From: Elusimicrobiota bacterium
Lineage (GTDB): Bacteria > Elusimicrobiota > Elusimicrobia > UBA1565 > UBA9628
Assembly (NCBI GenBank): GCA_027319565.1
Contig: DAHVNA010000016.1
Coordinates: 1-40,232, forward strand
Length of the DNA: 40,232 nucleotides
Direction: 5' to 3'
The position numbers were made by a program, and so were the translations under genes. This document shows positions 7,737 to 17,382 of the stretch, in pieces. The notes under the pieces were generated by a model. That model ran no database searches, was not told the DNA's origin, and was given only the letters and a program-made list of their open reading frames with translations. The number at the start of each line of letters is the position of its first letter. Within the stretch, counting starts at the first letter, position 1.

Positions 7737-8579
7737 ATGGTGAGATTATATCGTTGTCTGATGGTCTTATCCTTCGTTGTCGCCTTAAGCCCCAAAATCG
7801 CCCATTCACAAAAGGGAAATGCCGCAGGCAAGGCGCCGATACTGGCGATGGCGGGCTTCCCATCTCCCGATGTTGACGTCAATCGCCTGAACTGGATGTT
7901 TGACCGGGAAATAACCAAGATTCAAGGAGCCGTTCCCGCGCCGAAACCCCAAGCCTCATCCAAAAAAGCCTTGGATAAACCCGTCAATCTCATCGGACTT
8001 CCAAGAAAAACCTTTTTAAAGATTCCTCCACCGCCTGTTTTCACGCGCTATGGGCGGCTTTTTAGCCAATTTACCTCCCATCCGCAAAAGACCGACCAGT
8101 ATGACCCCATCATCCTCAAATACGCCTCCATCTATCATCTCGACCCCCGGCTGATTAAAGCCGTCATCGCGGCCGAGTCCGGCTTCAACGAAAACGCGGT
8201 GTCTCAAAGGGGAGCGCGGGGGCTTATGCAGGTCGTGCCGAGAACGGCTTCTCATTTTGGAATTTCTTCTTATCGGCTTTTCTTTGGAGACGATAATATC
8301 GCGGCCGGAAGCGCCTATTTGGCGAATCTCTTTGCCAACATTTTAAAGAAGCTGGGCTTAAGCGGCGCCAAGGTCAAGCATTTGCCGAATTGGGTCATCG
8401 AGCGGGTCATTGCAGCCTATCACGCCGGTCCGCGCTTTTTAAAGAGCCGCTGGCTCTACCGCTCGACCCGCGAGTATGTCCGCAAAGTCATGCTCTTCTA
8501 TCATTCTCCGGTTTCTCAAATCAGAAACCCTCCATCGCCCCCAAAATCATTAGCGACGCGCTTTATCGCGGAAATTTAA
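7737..8579 (+). CDS. Secreted lytic transglycosylase (SLT domain)
   Basis: Signal peptide; LIKAVIAAESGFN (catalytic Glu), SQRGARGLMQ, NIAAG, AAYHAG and TREYVRKV motifs. Confidence 0.9.
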   Translation: MVRLYRCLMVLSFVVALSPKIAHSQKGNAAGKAPILAMAGFPSPDVDVNRLNWMFDREITKIQGAVPAPKPQASSKKALDKPVNLIGLPRKTFLKIPPPPVFTRYGRLFSQFTSHPQKTDQYDPIILKYASIYHLDPRLIKAVIAAESGFNENAVSQRGARGLMQVVPRTASHFGISSYRLFFGDDNIAAGSAYLANLFANILKKLGLSGAKVKHLPNWVIERVIAAYHAGPRFLKSRWLYRSTREYVRKVMLFYHSPVSQIRNPPSPPKSLATRFIAEI

Positions 8580-8580
8580 A

Positions 8581-9888
8581 ATGAAAAAGTCGTTGGCGGT
8601 TCTCTTCATCTTGGGGGCCCTCGTCTTTTTCGCCTATAAGACCCTCCCCGGCTCTCATTTTCCGGTCCTGAAAATGGGAAAAGCGGTCTCCCGTCACGGG
8701 ACGAAAGAACCATCAGGAATTTTAACAGAATCGGTTGATCCATTGGCGGCGCGCCTGGTAGAAGCTAATCCGAGGATAAAACCCATCAGCGCTCAAATCT
8801 GGCATGACGCGATGGCATCGGACGTTCCCAGGGAAATTAGCGCTTACGGCTCTCCGCAAAATATCCCTGCCGCGGATAATTGGGCGTTTATCGAAGGCGA
8901 ACGTCCTTCAAAAGAAGATGCCCATAAGCGGGTTTTGTCTCCCTATTCACTTAACTCCCAAATTCATTCTCAAAAAGAAGGAAAATCGGGAAACCTAAGA
9001 AATGAAGCCACGCGCTCATTTTCAGATCACGGCGCTCAAAACCGCTCTCAAGACAAGTCCGCATCCGATCTCGCATCGGAAAAACGCCTTCTCAATGAAT
9101 GGGTTAAAACCGGGAAGATGCCTTCCAAGGCAGAATTCAGAAAAGAAAAGCGAGTTTCTTTAAAGCAAAGACAAAAGCGCAATGGAGAAAAACGCCGATT
9201 ATCCGCTGACCCTTTAAGCCGCGCCTACGATTTAGCGCAAATGAAGGCGCGAAAAAGTTCCAGAAAAATGAAAAACCGCCGCAAAAAACTAGAGCAAAAA
9301 AAACATAAAAAAAGAAGCTCAAGAGGGCGTTCGGCTCTGGCCAAGATTCTGGGAAAGGGCAGTTTAAAAGCTCCCAAAATCAATAAAATTCCGCCCAATC
9401 CATGGAATCAAAGACAAATTCCGGCGCCGCCCGAAGGCCAATACATTTCCGGGGAAACTCTCAGCCCTGATGAAATCGCAAGCCTTCGTTTGCCGCCGCG
9501 AAATATGTTTTCCCATCAAAAGGGCTGGATCAGCGACGGGGTCAATTATTATTACCGGAATGGAAAACAGGAAGGAGTGTTACTGAACGGACATTGGGTT
9601 TGGATTATTCCCAGCGGGAAAAAATCATTTCTCTATCCATCGCCCGCGGAAAAGCCGCTCACTCTTTTTCAAGGCCATTTATGGACTGAGTCTGAGGGAG
9701 AATCCTTTATCGAGCAAAACGGACAAGCCCTTGGGAAAGATGAATTTCTCCTTTGGCGGGGGGAAAATCCCCAGTCTCCGAGGCCACTCATCCGCTACAG
9801 CAATGATTTAAAGCGGATGGCCATCATTTCAAATAAAAAAACCGCCGTCTACGATGTAACGACCGGGCAAAAGCTAGGAGAGTTTTAA
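8581..9888 (+). CDS. Hypothetical exported protein with a Lys/Arg-rich central segment
   Basis: 435-aa ORF starting 1 nt after the SLT stop; N-terminal hydrophobic anchor; aromatic, beta-rich C-terminus. Confidence 0.7.
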   Translation: MKKSLAVLFILGALVFFAYKTLPGSHFPVLKMGKAVSRHGTKEPSGILTESVDPLAARLVEANPRIKPISAQIWHDAMASDVPREISAYGSPQNIPAADNWAFIEGERPSKEDAHKRVLSPYSLNSQIHSQKEGKSGNLRNEATRSFSDHGAQNRSQDKSASDLASEKRLLNEWVKTGKMPSKAEFRKEKRVSLKQRQKRNGEKRRLSADPLSRAYDLAQMKARKSSRKMKNRRKKLEQKKHKKRSSRGRSALAKILGKGSLKAPKINKIPPNPWNQRQIPAPPEGQYISGETLSPDEIASLRLPPRNMFSHQKGWISDGVNYYYRNGKQEGVLLNGHWVWIIPSGKKSFLYPSPAEKPLTLFQGHLWTESEGESFIEQNGQALGKDEFLLWRGENPQSPRPLIRYSNDLKRMAIISNKKTAVYDVTTGQKLGEF

Positions 9889-11135
9889 AAACTTCTTTTC
9901 CTAGTCTTTTGCCTTTCTAGGGAAAGGTATTTAACAAATCTCTTAAAATCGGGATAAAACTTCTTGAAATAAGATTTCAGCGCCCGGTAGTGAATGAGAT
10001 AATATCCCGGACTCTTTGAAATGAGCCACGTTTCGGTCACAAAAACATCTGAGGAAGATCCCGGAAAATCATTTTTCGGGTAGACGTAACTCTTATAGCG
10101 AACGCCTTTGCCCGAATAGGTGGAAACATGAACGCGAAACAAGACGTGCGCGTCATCTAAAGTTCCGGCCTCTCGCATCTTTTCGAGAAAGACTTCTCGG
10201 CTTTGATAACCTTTCATCCCGGGCTCGAAGAATTGGACGGCAATCCGAGCCCGATCCTTGGGCTCAACCCACTCCGCGCCGCCTAAAATCAGCTTTCTCG
10301 GCCACCTTAATTTAGTCGGAATGTAGGAAAACGAGCTAATGGAAACGGCTTGAACCTTGCGCCTTTTCCAAAACGGCCCTTGCGTTGCGGGAGATTGCGG
10401 ATCGCCGATTTCAGCCAAGCGATTTTCTATCGCGTCCGACCAAAGGGTATTGGCGTAAAACCTGCGCGCCACGCGCAAGGATTCGGCCTCGGACAAAGCC
10501 GTTTGGTCCAAATGAACATAGTCGACCGGAGGCTTGACGGAATAAAGGCGAAACGGCCACCAAAGCCTTTTTAATCTCAATCCGATATTTTCGGCAATCA
10601 CCGCCGGATCCTCGGTCGCCGTATAAACGGTCAGATTTCCGGCGAAAGAAAATCTGTCTTCTTTGACTTTGACCTCCATTTCTTTTTCAAGCTCGGGCTT
10701 AAAGGGATAATAAAGGCGGAGTCCAAAAAGCCGGTAGGAAACTAAAATCGGGCGATAAGTTCCGGGCGGGATATTGACCGCGAAAAGACACCCGCTATTT
10801 CCCTGCTCGCCCAAAATGGGGTGATCTAAATCCAGATGGCCCAATTTGTCGGCCTGGGCCCAAATAATTTTAGTGGCGGGATGCGCGAAGAGACTAAACC
10901 AATCGGTGTGCAAAAAATAAACGCAAGCCGACATCGCCCCATTTTGAAGAGAAACGGCTTGCCTGGAGGCGGGCAAGGTCGAACACGCAGAAAAAAGGAG
11001 TAACGGCAAGAAACGAAAAGCAAAAGAAAGAGACGGAAAGCAACGGAGAGAAACGGAAAGTAAAAGAAAAAGACGAAACGGCTTTTTTCTTTTACTTCCG
11101 TTCCTTTCGGTAACTTCCATTGCTTTCCGTTGCAT
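9885..11135 (-). CDS. Hypothetical lipoprotein (start uncertain: 11135 or 11120)
   Basis: 416-aa ORF with lipobox-like LLFSA-C; the N-terminus is encoded by the repeat array. Confidence 0.7.
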   Translation of the reverse strand: MQRKAMEVTERNGSKRKKPFRLFLLLSVSLRCFPSLSFAFRFLPLLLFSACSTLPASRQAVSLQNGAMSACVYFLHTDWFSLFAHPATKIIWAQADKLGHLDLDHPILGEQGNSGCLFAVNIPPGTYRPILVSYRLFGLRLYYPFKPELEKEMEVKVKEDRFSFAGNLTVYTATEDPAVIAENIGLRLKRLWWPFRLYSVKPPVDYVHLDQTALSEAESLRVARRFYANTLWSDAIENRLAEIGDPQSPATQGPFWKRRKVQAVSISSFSYIPTKLRWPRKLILGGAEWVEPKDRARIAVQFFEPGMKGYQSREVFLEKMREAGTLDDAHVLFRVHVSTYSGKGVRYKSYVYPKNDFPGSSSDVFVTETWLISKSPGYYLIHYRALKSYFKKFYPDFKRFVKYLSLERQKTRKRSF

Positions 11136-11214
11136 CCGTTACTTTCCGTTACATCCGTTGCTTTCCGTTTCTCTCCGTTACTTTCCGTTACATCCGTTGC
11201 TTTCCGTTTCTCCG
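11000..11214. repeat. Inverted array of ~9-10-nt units (AACGGAAAG on the left arm, CTTTCCGTT on the right arm), including an exact 39-bp tandem duplication
   Basis: 11033-11063 acggaaagcaacggagagaaacggaaagtaa is built from the reverse complements of the right-arm units. tccgttactttccgttacatccgttgctttccgtttctc occurs at 11135-11173 and 11174-11212. Confidence 0.9.
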
Positions 11215-11251
11215 ATCTTCCTTCATGAAATCAGTTTAGTATAATTGGGGC

Positions 11252-11701
11252 ATGGCAGAGACAACGGACAATTTTGAATTTGAGAAACTCGCCCATGACA
11301 TGGCGCTTGTCCGCATCACTAAGGAAGACCCCAGCTATAAAGCCGCTGAAACAGCCGCTGATATTATTCAAGAACTGGTTTTTTTAGCGATTACCCACAC
11401 TAAAGGCAAACAAGATCCGCATATCACCCTCAAAGGAATTTTCCGCGGCGTCACCCAAGCTCTCTTTGCCTTAAACAAAGACATGCCCCAAGCCTGCGTG
11501 CGCCTCCTCCAGGAAATCCCGCATTTATCCGAGCGACTTGAGCTTGATTTCGCGACCTTGATGACCTGGGCCATGGAGGGAATCGCGAGCCTCGCCTCTC
11601 CGCTAGGACGCGAGAATTGCCACAAGATTCGCGCTAAGATTGATGAAAATTTCATGGGAACAGGAGAAATTTTTGAAAAACTTTGCGCCCAAAATCATTA
11701 A
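11252..11701 (+). CDS. Hypothetical all-helical protein, first gene of the nadE operon
   Basis: 149-aa ORF; TATAAT at 11240-11245, 6 nt before the ATG. Confidence 0.7.
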   Translation: MAETTDNFEFEKLAHDMALVRITKEDPSYKAAETAADIIQELVFLAITHTKGKQDPHITLKGIFRGVTQALFALNKDMPQACVRLLQEIPHLSERLELDFATLMTWAMEGIASLASPLGRENCHKIRAKIDENFMGTGEIFEKLCAQNH

Positions 11702-11717
11702 GGGCTCCTTTAAATAA

Positions 11718-13367
11718 GTGAAAATCGCTCTTGCGCAAATCAACCCGACCATCGCCGACTTTAACGGCAATCTCAAAAAAATCAGGGATTTTTCCGCCAA
11801 GGCCCGAAATCAAGGGGCCAACTTGGTCGTTTTTCCGGAGCAGGCACTATCTGGATACCCGGCTCTTGACTTATGGGAAGATCCCGCCTTTATCCGCGAA
11901 AACATCCGCGCGATCAAAAAATTAGCGGCGGGAAGCGGAGAATTAGGCATTATCGTCGGTTTTTCTTCGTTTAACGGCGCTCGCTTCGGAAAGCCCATCC
12001 ACAATTCGGCGGCCTTTCTCCACCAAGGAAAAATCAAGGCGGTGCGCCATAAGACCCTTTTGCCCACCTACGATGTTTTCGATGAAGCGAGATATTTTGA
12101 GCGAGCTAGCTCCAATTCGCCGTTTAAGTTTAAAGGGAAAACGATTGGGCTCAGCATCTGCGAAGACGCGTGGTTTGGCGAAAAAAACGGAAAGAGAAAA
12201 CTCTACCAAACAGACCCTATCCGTCTTCAAGCGCGCGAAGGCGCGGATATTCTCATCAACATATCTGCTTCGCCCTTTACTCGCGGAAAAAACATCCAGC
12301 GCCGGAAAATCATGTCGTCTCACGCGAAAAAAAACAAATTGCCGTTTTTTTACTGCAATATGACGGGCGGAAACGATGAAATTGTTTTTGACGGACGCAG
12401 CTGCGTCTTTGACCGCCAAGGACGCCTGATTCATCAGGCCAAAGCTTTCAGCGAAGATATCCTTGTCGTCGATTTAGAAAAAATGCCGCCGCCCGCTTCT
12501 CCCAATGAGATGAGCGAGATTGAGGAAATTGAGGGGGCGCTTGTCACCGGAATTCAGGATTATCTTTCCAAATCCAAAATTTCCAAGGTCTTTGTGGGTT
12601 TAAGCGGCGGAATTGATTCCGCCGTTGTCGCCGCCTTGGCGGTCAAGTCTCTGGGAAAATATCGCGTGACTGGAATCTCCATGCCGTCTCGCTATTCTTC
12701 GGAAGGCTCAATTTTTGACGCAAAAATTCTCGCTCAGAACCTTCAAATTCGCTTTCTCAGCGTCCCCATCGCGAATCTTCATAACGCCTATAAAGAAACT
12801 CTTACAAATTTTATCGACGGAAATCCCGAAGACCTTTGGGAACAAAACATTCAGGCCCGCATTCGGGGAAACATTTTGATGGCCCTAGCCAACAAAGAGG
12901 GGGGAATGGTTCTCACCACTGGGAACAAATCCGAGCTTTCGGTGGGATACTGCACGCTTTACGGCGACATGAGTGGCGGTCTTGCGCCCCTAGCGGACGT
13001 TCCTAAAGAGACGGTCTATCAACTCGCCGGATGGATTAACCGGGAAAGAGAAATTATTCCCTTAAATTCAATTCAAAAAGCGCCTTCCGCGGAATTAAAG
13101 CCTGGGCAAAAAGACGAAGACGATCTGCCGCCTTATCCGGTTCTCGATCAGATTCTCAAACTCCATATTGAGCAAAGGCTCGGCCTTGATGAAATCGCCA
13201 AAAAAGGCTTCTCTAAAAAACTCGTCCAAGAAACCTTGCGCCGCATCGAACTCGCCGAATACAAGCGCCGACAAGCTCCGCCCTGCATCAAAATATCCCC
13301 CAAGGCCTTTGGCGTCGGACGCAGAATGCCTATCGCGCGCGGAACTTATTTAGGCGAAGCGCCTTGA
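11718..13367 (+). CDS. nadE: Glutamine-dependent NAD+ synthetase
   Basis: Nitrilase domain (FPE, KTLLPTYDVFDE, SICED) plus synthetase domain (GLSGGIDS, NIQARIRG, TGNKSE, GYCTLYGD, PSAEL, EYKRRQ). Confidence 0.96.
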   Translation: MKIALAQINPTIADFNGNLKKIRDFSAKARNQGANLVVFPEQALSGYPALDLWEDPAFIRENIRAIKKLAAGSGELGIIVGFSSFNGARFGKPIHNSAAFLHQGKIKAVRHKTLLPTYDVFDEARYFERASSNSPFKFKGKTIGLSICEDAWFGEKNGKRKLYQTDPIRLQAREGADILINISASPFTRGKNIQRRKIMSSHAKKNKLPFFYCNMTGGNDEIVFDGRSCVFDRQGRLIHQAKAFSEDILVVDLEKMPPPASPNEMSEIEEIEGALVTGIQDYLSKSKISKVFVGLSGGIDSAVVAALAVKSLGKYRVTGISMPSRYSSEGSIFDAKILAQNLQIRFLSVPIANLHNAYKETLTNFIDGNPEDLWEQNIQARIRGNILMALANKEGGMVLTTGNKSELSVGYCTLYGDMSGGLAPLADVPKETVYQLAGWINREREIIPLNSIQKAPSAELKPGQKDEDDLPPYPVLDQILKLHIEQRLGLDEIAKKGFSKKLVQETLRRIELAEYKRRQAPPCIKISPKAFGVGRRMPIARGTYLGEAP

Positions 13368-15472
13368 AGCTCGGAGAGATCCGCGATCCGGTTAAAAAGG
13401 CCGACGAGTTTGGCCAAAAGCTTAAGACGCGCGCGCTTTAAATCCGGATTATCCGCCATCACCATCACTTTTTCGAAAAAGAGATCGAGATGCGGCTTGA
13501 TTTGGACAAGAGTCTTAAGGCTTCCCTCAAAATCATCGGACTCTATTTTTTCCTTGACTGCCTCTTCCATCTCCGTCAAAATTTTTAAAAGCGCGATTTC
13601 CGAAGGCTCCGTAAGACTCTCCGCGTTCAAAACCCCGTCGCCATTTGCGTAATGGGCTTGTTTTAAAATATTGGAAGCGCGTTTAAATGAAATCGCCAGC
13701 GGCTCGAAATCGGACTCTTTTCTAACGGCCTTAAGGGCGCTTAAACGAAGATAGGTTCGGTTGAGTCTCCCGAGAGCGCCCGCTTTCACCGCGCGAATTT
13801 CATCCACGGAAAATCCTTTTTCCTCGAAAAACGATTGGGCGCGGGCCCAGAGAAAGTCTAAAATCTCGTCTCGAAGCCGAAGAAAGCGATCTTCCACAAG
13901 ATTCATGGGCTGATTTCTCAAAGCCAGAGAAACCGCTTTTTCCAAATCAATCGGCAGCTGGCGTTCAAGAGAGATGCGAATAATGCCAAAGGCTTGCCTC
14001 CTTAACGCATAGGGATCGGCGCTTCCGGTGGGGATAAGGCCGACGGCAAAACAGCCGGCGATGGAATCTAATTTTCCCGCTAAAGAGGCGATAGAACCTT
14101 CCACCGTGGTCGGAATCGGCGATTTTGGGCCTATGGGGAAATAAAATTCTTCAAGTCCCAGGGCGATTCTCTCGTCTTTTCCGTCTAGTCTCGCGTAAAC
14201 CCCGCCCAAGGTTCCCTGCAATTCCGGAAATTCCTTGACAAGGTTTGTCGTTAAATCGGCATAACAAAGCCTGGATATCTCGGCACAAGAATCTTCGCTG
14301 ACCGGAAAATCGCCTAAAAGTCCGATCAAGTCTTTCGTCAGTTTTTCGACTCGAAAGGCTTTTTCCGCCATCGTGCCCAGATCTTTCTGGTAGACCACGC
14401 GCTTAAGTTCCTCCAAATAGGATTCAAGAGGACGTTTGCGGTCTTTCTCGAAAAAGAAAACGGCGTCATTTAAGCGCGCGACTAAAACCCGCTCAAAACC
14501 TTCTCTGACCAAATTCTGGCCTTCCGAAACGCCGTCCCTGACTCCCATAAAGGCGTTGATGACCCGCCCGGAACGCATGAGCGGAAAAAATTTAAGCTGT
14601 TTTTTCAAAACCAGGCTGATCAAGGGCTGCGGGAGTTCAAGAAACTTCTGTTCAAAATGCCCCAAGACCGGAACAGGGTGCTCTGTCATCGCGACAATCT
14701 CGGAAATCAAATCTTCGTCTTTATCCCAAGAGCCTCCGCCTTCTCCGGCGGCCCAATCCAATTTCTTGATTAAAATTTTCCGGCGCTCTTCAAGAGAGAC
14801 CAGAACCGCCATATTCCGCAAAATTTTTTCATAATCAGACGCATTTTCTATTTTTGCGGATTCCCCGTTAAGACCGCGCAAGACGCGGGAAGTTTTAATC
14901 CCGACCAAGGAAAAAGAAACCGGCAATGTCCCCCAAAGCGAGACAAAAGAGCGAATCGGTCGGGCGAATTTAAAGCGAGTCTCTTCCCATTCCATGGACT
15001 TGGGAAACTCGAGCGAAGAAATAACTTTAACCGCGGCCTCGGCTAAAATCTCGCGACACGCTCGGCCCGGACGGTTGACGGCAATCGCCAACTGTTCTCC
15101 CTTGGCGGTCGATTCTATGAGAAGCTGATCCGCAGTGACATTGTATTTCCGGGCGAAACCTTCGGCGGCCGAAGAATAGCTTCCGTCGGGATTTTTAAGC
15201 CGGGAAGCGGGGGGACCAAAAAATTTTTCGCTTAAGGCCTCGGATTTCGGGGCCACAGATTCGATCAGGACCGCAAGCCTTCGCGGAGTCCCAAAAGTTT
15301 TCAGCGATTTAAACGAAAGGCGGCTGGCCTTTAAAGCTTCCGAGATATTAGCGGCCAAACTCTCAAGAGCGAGAGACAAAAAGCGCGCCGGAAGGGGTTC
15401 AAGCCCTATTTCCAGAAGATAATCCTGCGCCTCCGACTCATTTTTGAGCGGCGAATTCTTTTTTCTTAGCAT
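13346..15472 (-). CDS. glyS: Glycine--tRNA ligase beta subunit
   Basis: [50 protein letters not shown] and FFEKVMVM motifs. Confidence 0.96.
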   Translation of the reverse strand: MLRKKNSPLKNESEAQDYLLEIGLEPLPARFLSLALESLAANISEALKASRLSFKSLKTFGTPRRLAVLIESVAPKSEALSEKFFGPPASRLKNPDGSYSSAAEGFARKYNVTADQLLIESTAKGEQLAIAVNRPGRACREILAEAAVKVISSLEFPKSMEWEETRFKFARPIRSFVSLWGTLPVSFSLVGIKTSRVLRGLNGESAKIENASDYEKILRNMAVLVSLEERRKILIKKLDWAAGEGGGSWDKDEDLISEIVAMTEHPVPVLGHFEQKFLELPQPLISLVLKKQLKFFPLMRSGRVINAFMGVRDGVSEGQNLVREGFERVLVARLNDAVFFFEKDRKRPLESYLEELKRVVYQKDLGTMAEKAFRVEKLTKDLIGLLGDFPVSEDSCAEISRLCYADLTTNLVKEFPELQGTLGGVYARLDGKDERIALGLEEFYFPIGPKSPIPTTVEGSIASLAGKLDSIAGCFAVGLIPTGSADPYALRRQAFGIIRISLERQLPIDLEKAVSLALRNQPMNLVEDRFLRLRDEILDFLWARAQSFFEEKGFSVDEIRAVKAGALGRLNRTYLRLSALKAVRKESDFEPLAISFKRASNILKQAHYANGDGVLNAESLTEPSEIALLKILTEMEEAVKEKIESDDFEGSLKTLVQIKPHLDLFFEKVMVMADNPDLKRARLKLLAKLVGLFNRIADLSELQGASPK

Positions 15473-16313
15473 TTTCCAGTTCCCAATGACAGGTAATGAC
15501 TTTTTTGGCCAACCCGCGCACGCGAGCGATATAGTGAGCTCTTTCTGTCACCGACACCGATCCGCGCGCTTCCAAAACGTTAAAACAATGCGAAAGCTTA
15601 AGGACGCAATCGTAAGCCGGCAGAGAAAGCCCCTTTAAAACCAGGCGCTCGCCTTCCCTTTCATAATCTTGAAAATGGCGGGCCAACATCTCGACGTCGG
15701 CTTCCTCAAAATTGTATACGGAAAATTGCCGCTCGGCCTCTTTGAAAATTTCTCCGTAAGACCGTTCATCGTTAAATTGGAGATCGAAAACCGAATTTTT
15801 TTTCTGTAAATACATCGCGATCCGCTCAAGGCCGTAGGTAATCTCGACAGAAACGGGAAACAAAGGCGCTTGCCCCATCTGTTGAAAGTAGGTAAATTGA
15901 GTAATTTCCATTCCATCCAGCCAAACTTCCCATCCTAATCCGGAAGCGCCCAAGGTTGGAGACTCCCAATCATCCTCAATCCAGCGCAAGTCATGCTTTT
16001 TAATGTCCAAGCCTAAGCTCTTTAAAGAGCCTATATACAAATCGGTCACGTCGATCGGAACGGGCTTGAGGAGAACTTGAAACTGATAATATTTTCCCAA
16101 GCGATTGGGATTGTCCCCATAACGTCCGTCGGCCGGACGCCGACAGGGCTCGGGGTAGGCGATTTGAACTGGAGAAGAACTGATCGCGCCAAAAAAAGTC
16201 GCCGGATTAAAAGTGGCCGCCCCTTTTTCGACGTCATAGGGCTCGATTAGAAGGCATCCTTTTTGAGACCAGAACTCTTTTAAGGCCAAGATAATATCTT
16301 GGAAATTCATCAT
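15438..16313 (-). CDS. glyQ: Glycine--tRNA ligase alpha subunit
   Basis: [53 protein letters not shown] and EITYGLER motifs. Confidence 0.97.
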   Translation of the reverse strand: MMNFQDIILALKEFWSQKGCLLIEPYDVEKGAATFNPATFFGAISSSPVQIAYPEPCRRPADGRYGDNPNRLGKYYQFQVLLKPVPIDVTDLYIGSLKSLGLDIKKHDLRWIEDDWESPTLGASGLGWEVWLDGMEITQFTYFQQMGQAPLFPVSVEITYGLERIAMYLQKKNSVFDLQFNDERSYGEIFKEAERQFSVYNFEEADVEMLARHFQDYEREGERLVLKGLSLPAYDCVLKLSHCFNVLEARGSVSVTERAHYIARVRGLAKKVITCHWELENAKKKEFAAQK

Positions 16314-16990
16314 AATGATACGCACTCCTCTTTCGCCACAGCCGCCAACATAGATTTTATAAATATCGGGGTTTTTAAAACCCGGTGAGATTCCTCCTCT
16401 ATCTTTTGCTCGACCAAACGCCGAATCTGAGCGTTGAGGATTAAATCAAAAGGGAGCCGTGACAATTCGGCGAAAGAAGGGCGGTAGAACGCATCCCACA
16501 TCGAAGGAGAAATGGAATTTTGAAACGGAGATTTTTCACGCACGCCAAAACCCGCCAATTCCAAGAGACGAAGCCCGAAAGCCGCTATCGCCCAGTGATG
16601 GGACTCTTGGGAATCCAAAAACGAAAGCGCGTCCTTTAACAACTCGTATTTTTCAGGACCGGGAAGGCCAAAAACGGTCAAGGCGCTGAGAAATTCGCAA
16701 CAAAGAAAAGCTTCCGAAAGAGAGTCCAGGTTTTTTCTAATTCCGGGGAAACTCGAAAACAAGCTTCCGCCCGTCGCTTTGACATATCCCGTTCCGGGAG
16801 TCGCATGGAAGCGATATTCGCAATGAGAAAACGGCTCTGAAAAAGCCTTCATTTTCCGGCCCGCTCCATTGACCCCGGAAAACTTAACCCAGATTTTTCC
16901 CAAATCCCTCGTATAAACAACGGATAACCGCCCCGACTCCCCGAAGTCCCTACGGGACAAGACAATTCCCGGCGTCAAGATAAAAGGCAT
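16310..16990 (-). CDS. recO: DNA repair protein RecO
   Basis: [22 protein letters not shown] and LRLLELAGF motifs; conserved recO-glyQ-glyS order. Confidence 0.85.
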   Translation of the reverse strand: MPFILTPGIVLSRRDFGESGRLSVVYTRDLGKIWVKFSGVNGAGRKMKAFSEPFSHCEYRFHATPGTGYVKATGGSLFSSFPGIRKNLDSLSEAFLCCEFLSALTVFGLPGPEKYELLKDALSFLDSQESHHWAIAAFGLRLLELAGFGVREKSPFQNSISPSMWDAFYRPSFAELSRLPFDLILNAQIRRLVEQKIEEESHRVLKTPIFIKSMLAAVAKEECVSL

Positions 16991-17328
16991 TAGATTCTCT
17001 CTTTTGACATAAGCGCAGCCAGCATATCATCGGCGATATTTTTTGGAATCTCCACAAAAAGGCCGCGCTCCCGATCCGAAAGGTTCTCAAGAACAGGCGC
17101 AATGGGTTGCGTCCCTAAACCGCAAAAAAGAAAATATTTTTCCGAGTCATCAACCTGGGCATAAAACTCAAGAGCTTTGGGAAGGGCTAGAAGTTTAAAA
17201 ACAACCAGGCGTTCCAGAGGTTTAAGGCTCTTCCATTCCGAAATAAGAGAAGACGTGGAATATCTTTCCAACAAGCGCTTTAAATCCGAATAGCGAGCGG
17301 AAGTAGTTAAAGAAGAGAGTGTCTCCAT
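16990..17328 (-). CDS. Stand-alone MgtE N-terminal-like helical domain protein
   Basis: Helical pattern (LKRLLE...LKPLERLVVFKLL...IAPVLENLSDRER...EIPKNIADDMLAAL) resembles the MgtE intracellular N domain; no CBS or transmembrane region. Confidence 0.55.
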   Translation of the reverse strand: METLSSLTTSARYSDLKRLLERYSTSSLISEWKSLKPLERLVVFKLLALPKALEFYAQVDDSEKYFLFCGLGTQPIAPVLENLSDRERGLFVEIPKNIADDMLAALMSKERI

Positions 17329-17382
17329 CGTGAATCATTATACAAACAAAATTTAAGCGATGCATTTTGGTAAAATATTTAA
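17329..17382. promoter_or_regulatory. Divergent -10 elements next to start codons
   Basis: Minus strand: TATAAT (17342-17337), 8 nt before ATG 17328. Plus strand: TGgTAAAAT (17368-17376), 6 nt before ATG 17383. Confidence 0.55.

Noticed and set aside
11000..11214. Possible CRISPR array or iterons
   Set aside because: Units are ~10 nt with no unique spacers, and no cas or rep gene is nearby.
13346..13367. Convergent overlap of nadE and glyS (also the glyQ/glyS overlap)
   Set aside because: Short terminal overlaps are ordinary in compact genomes.
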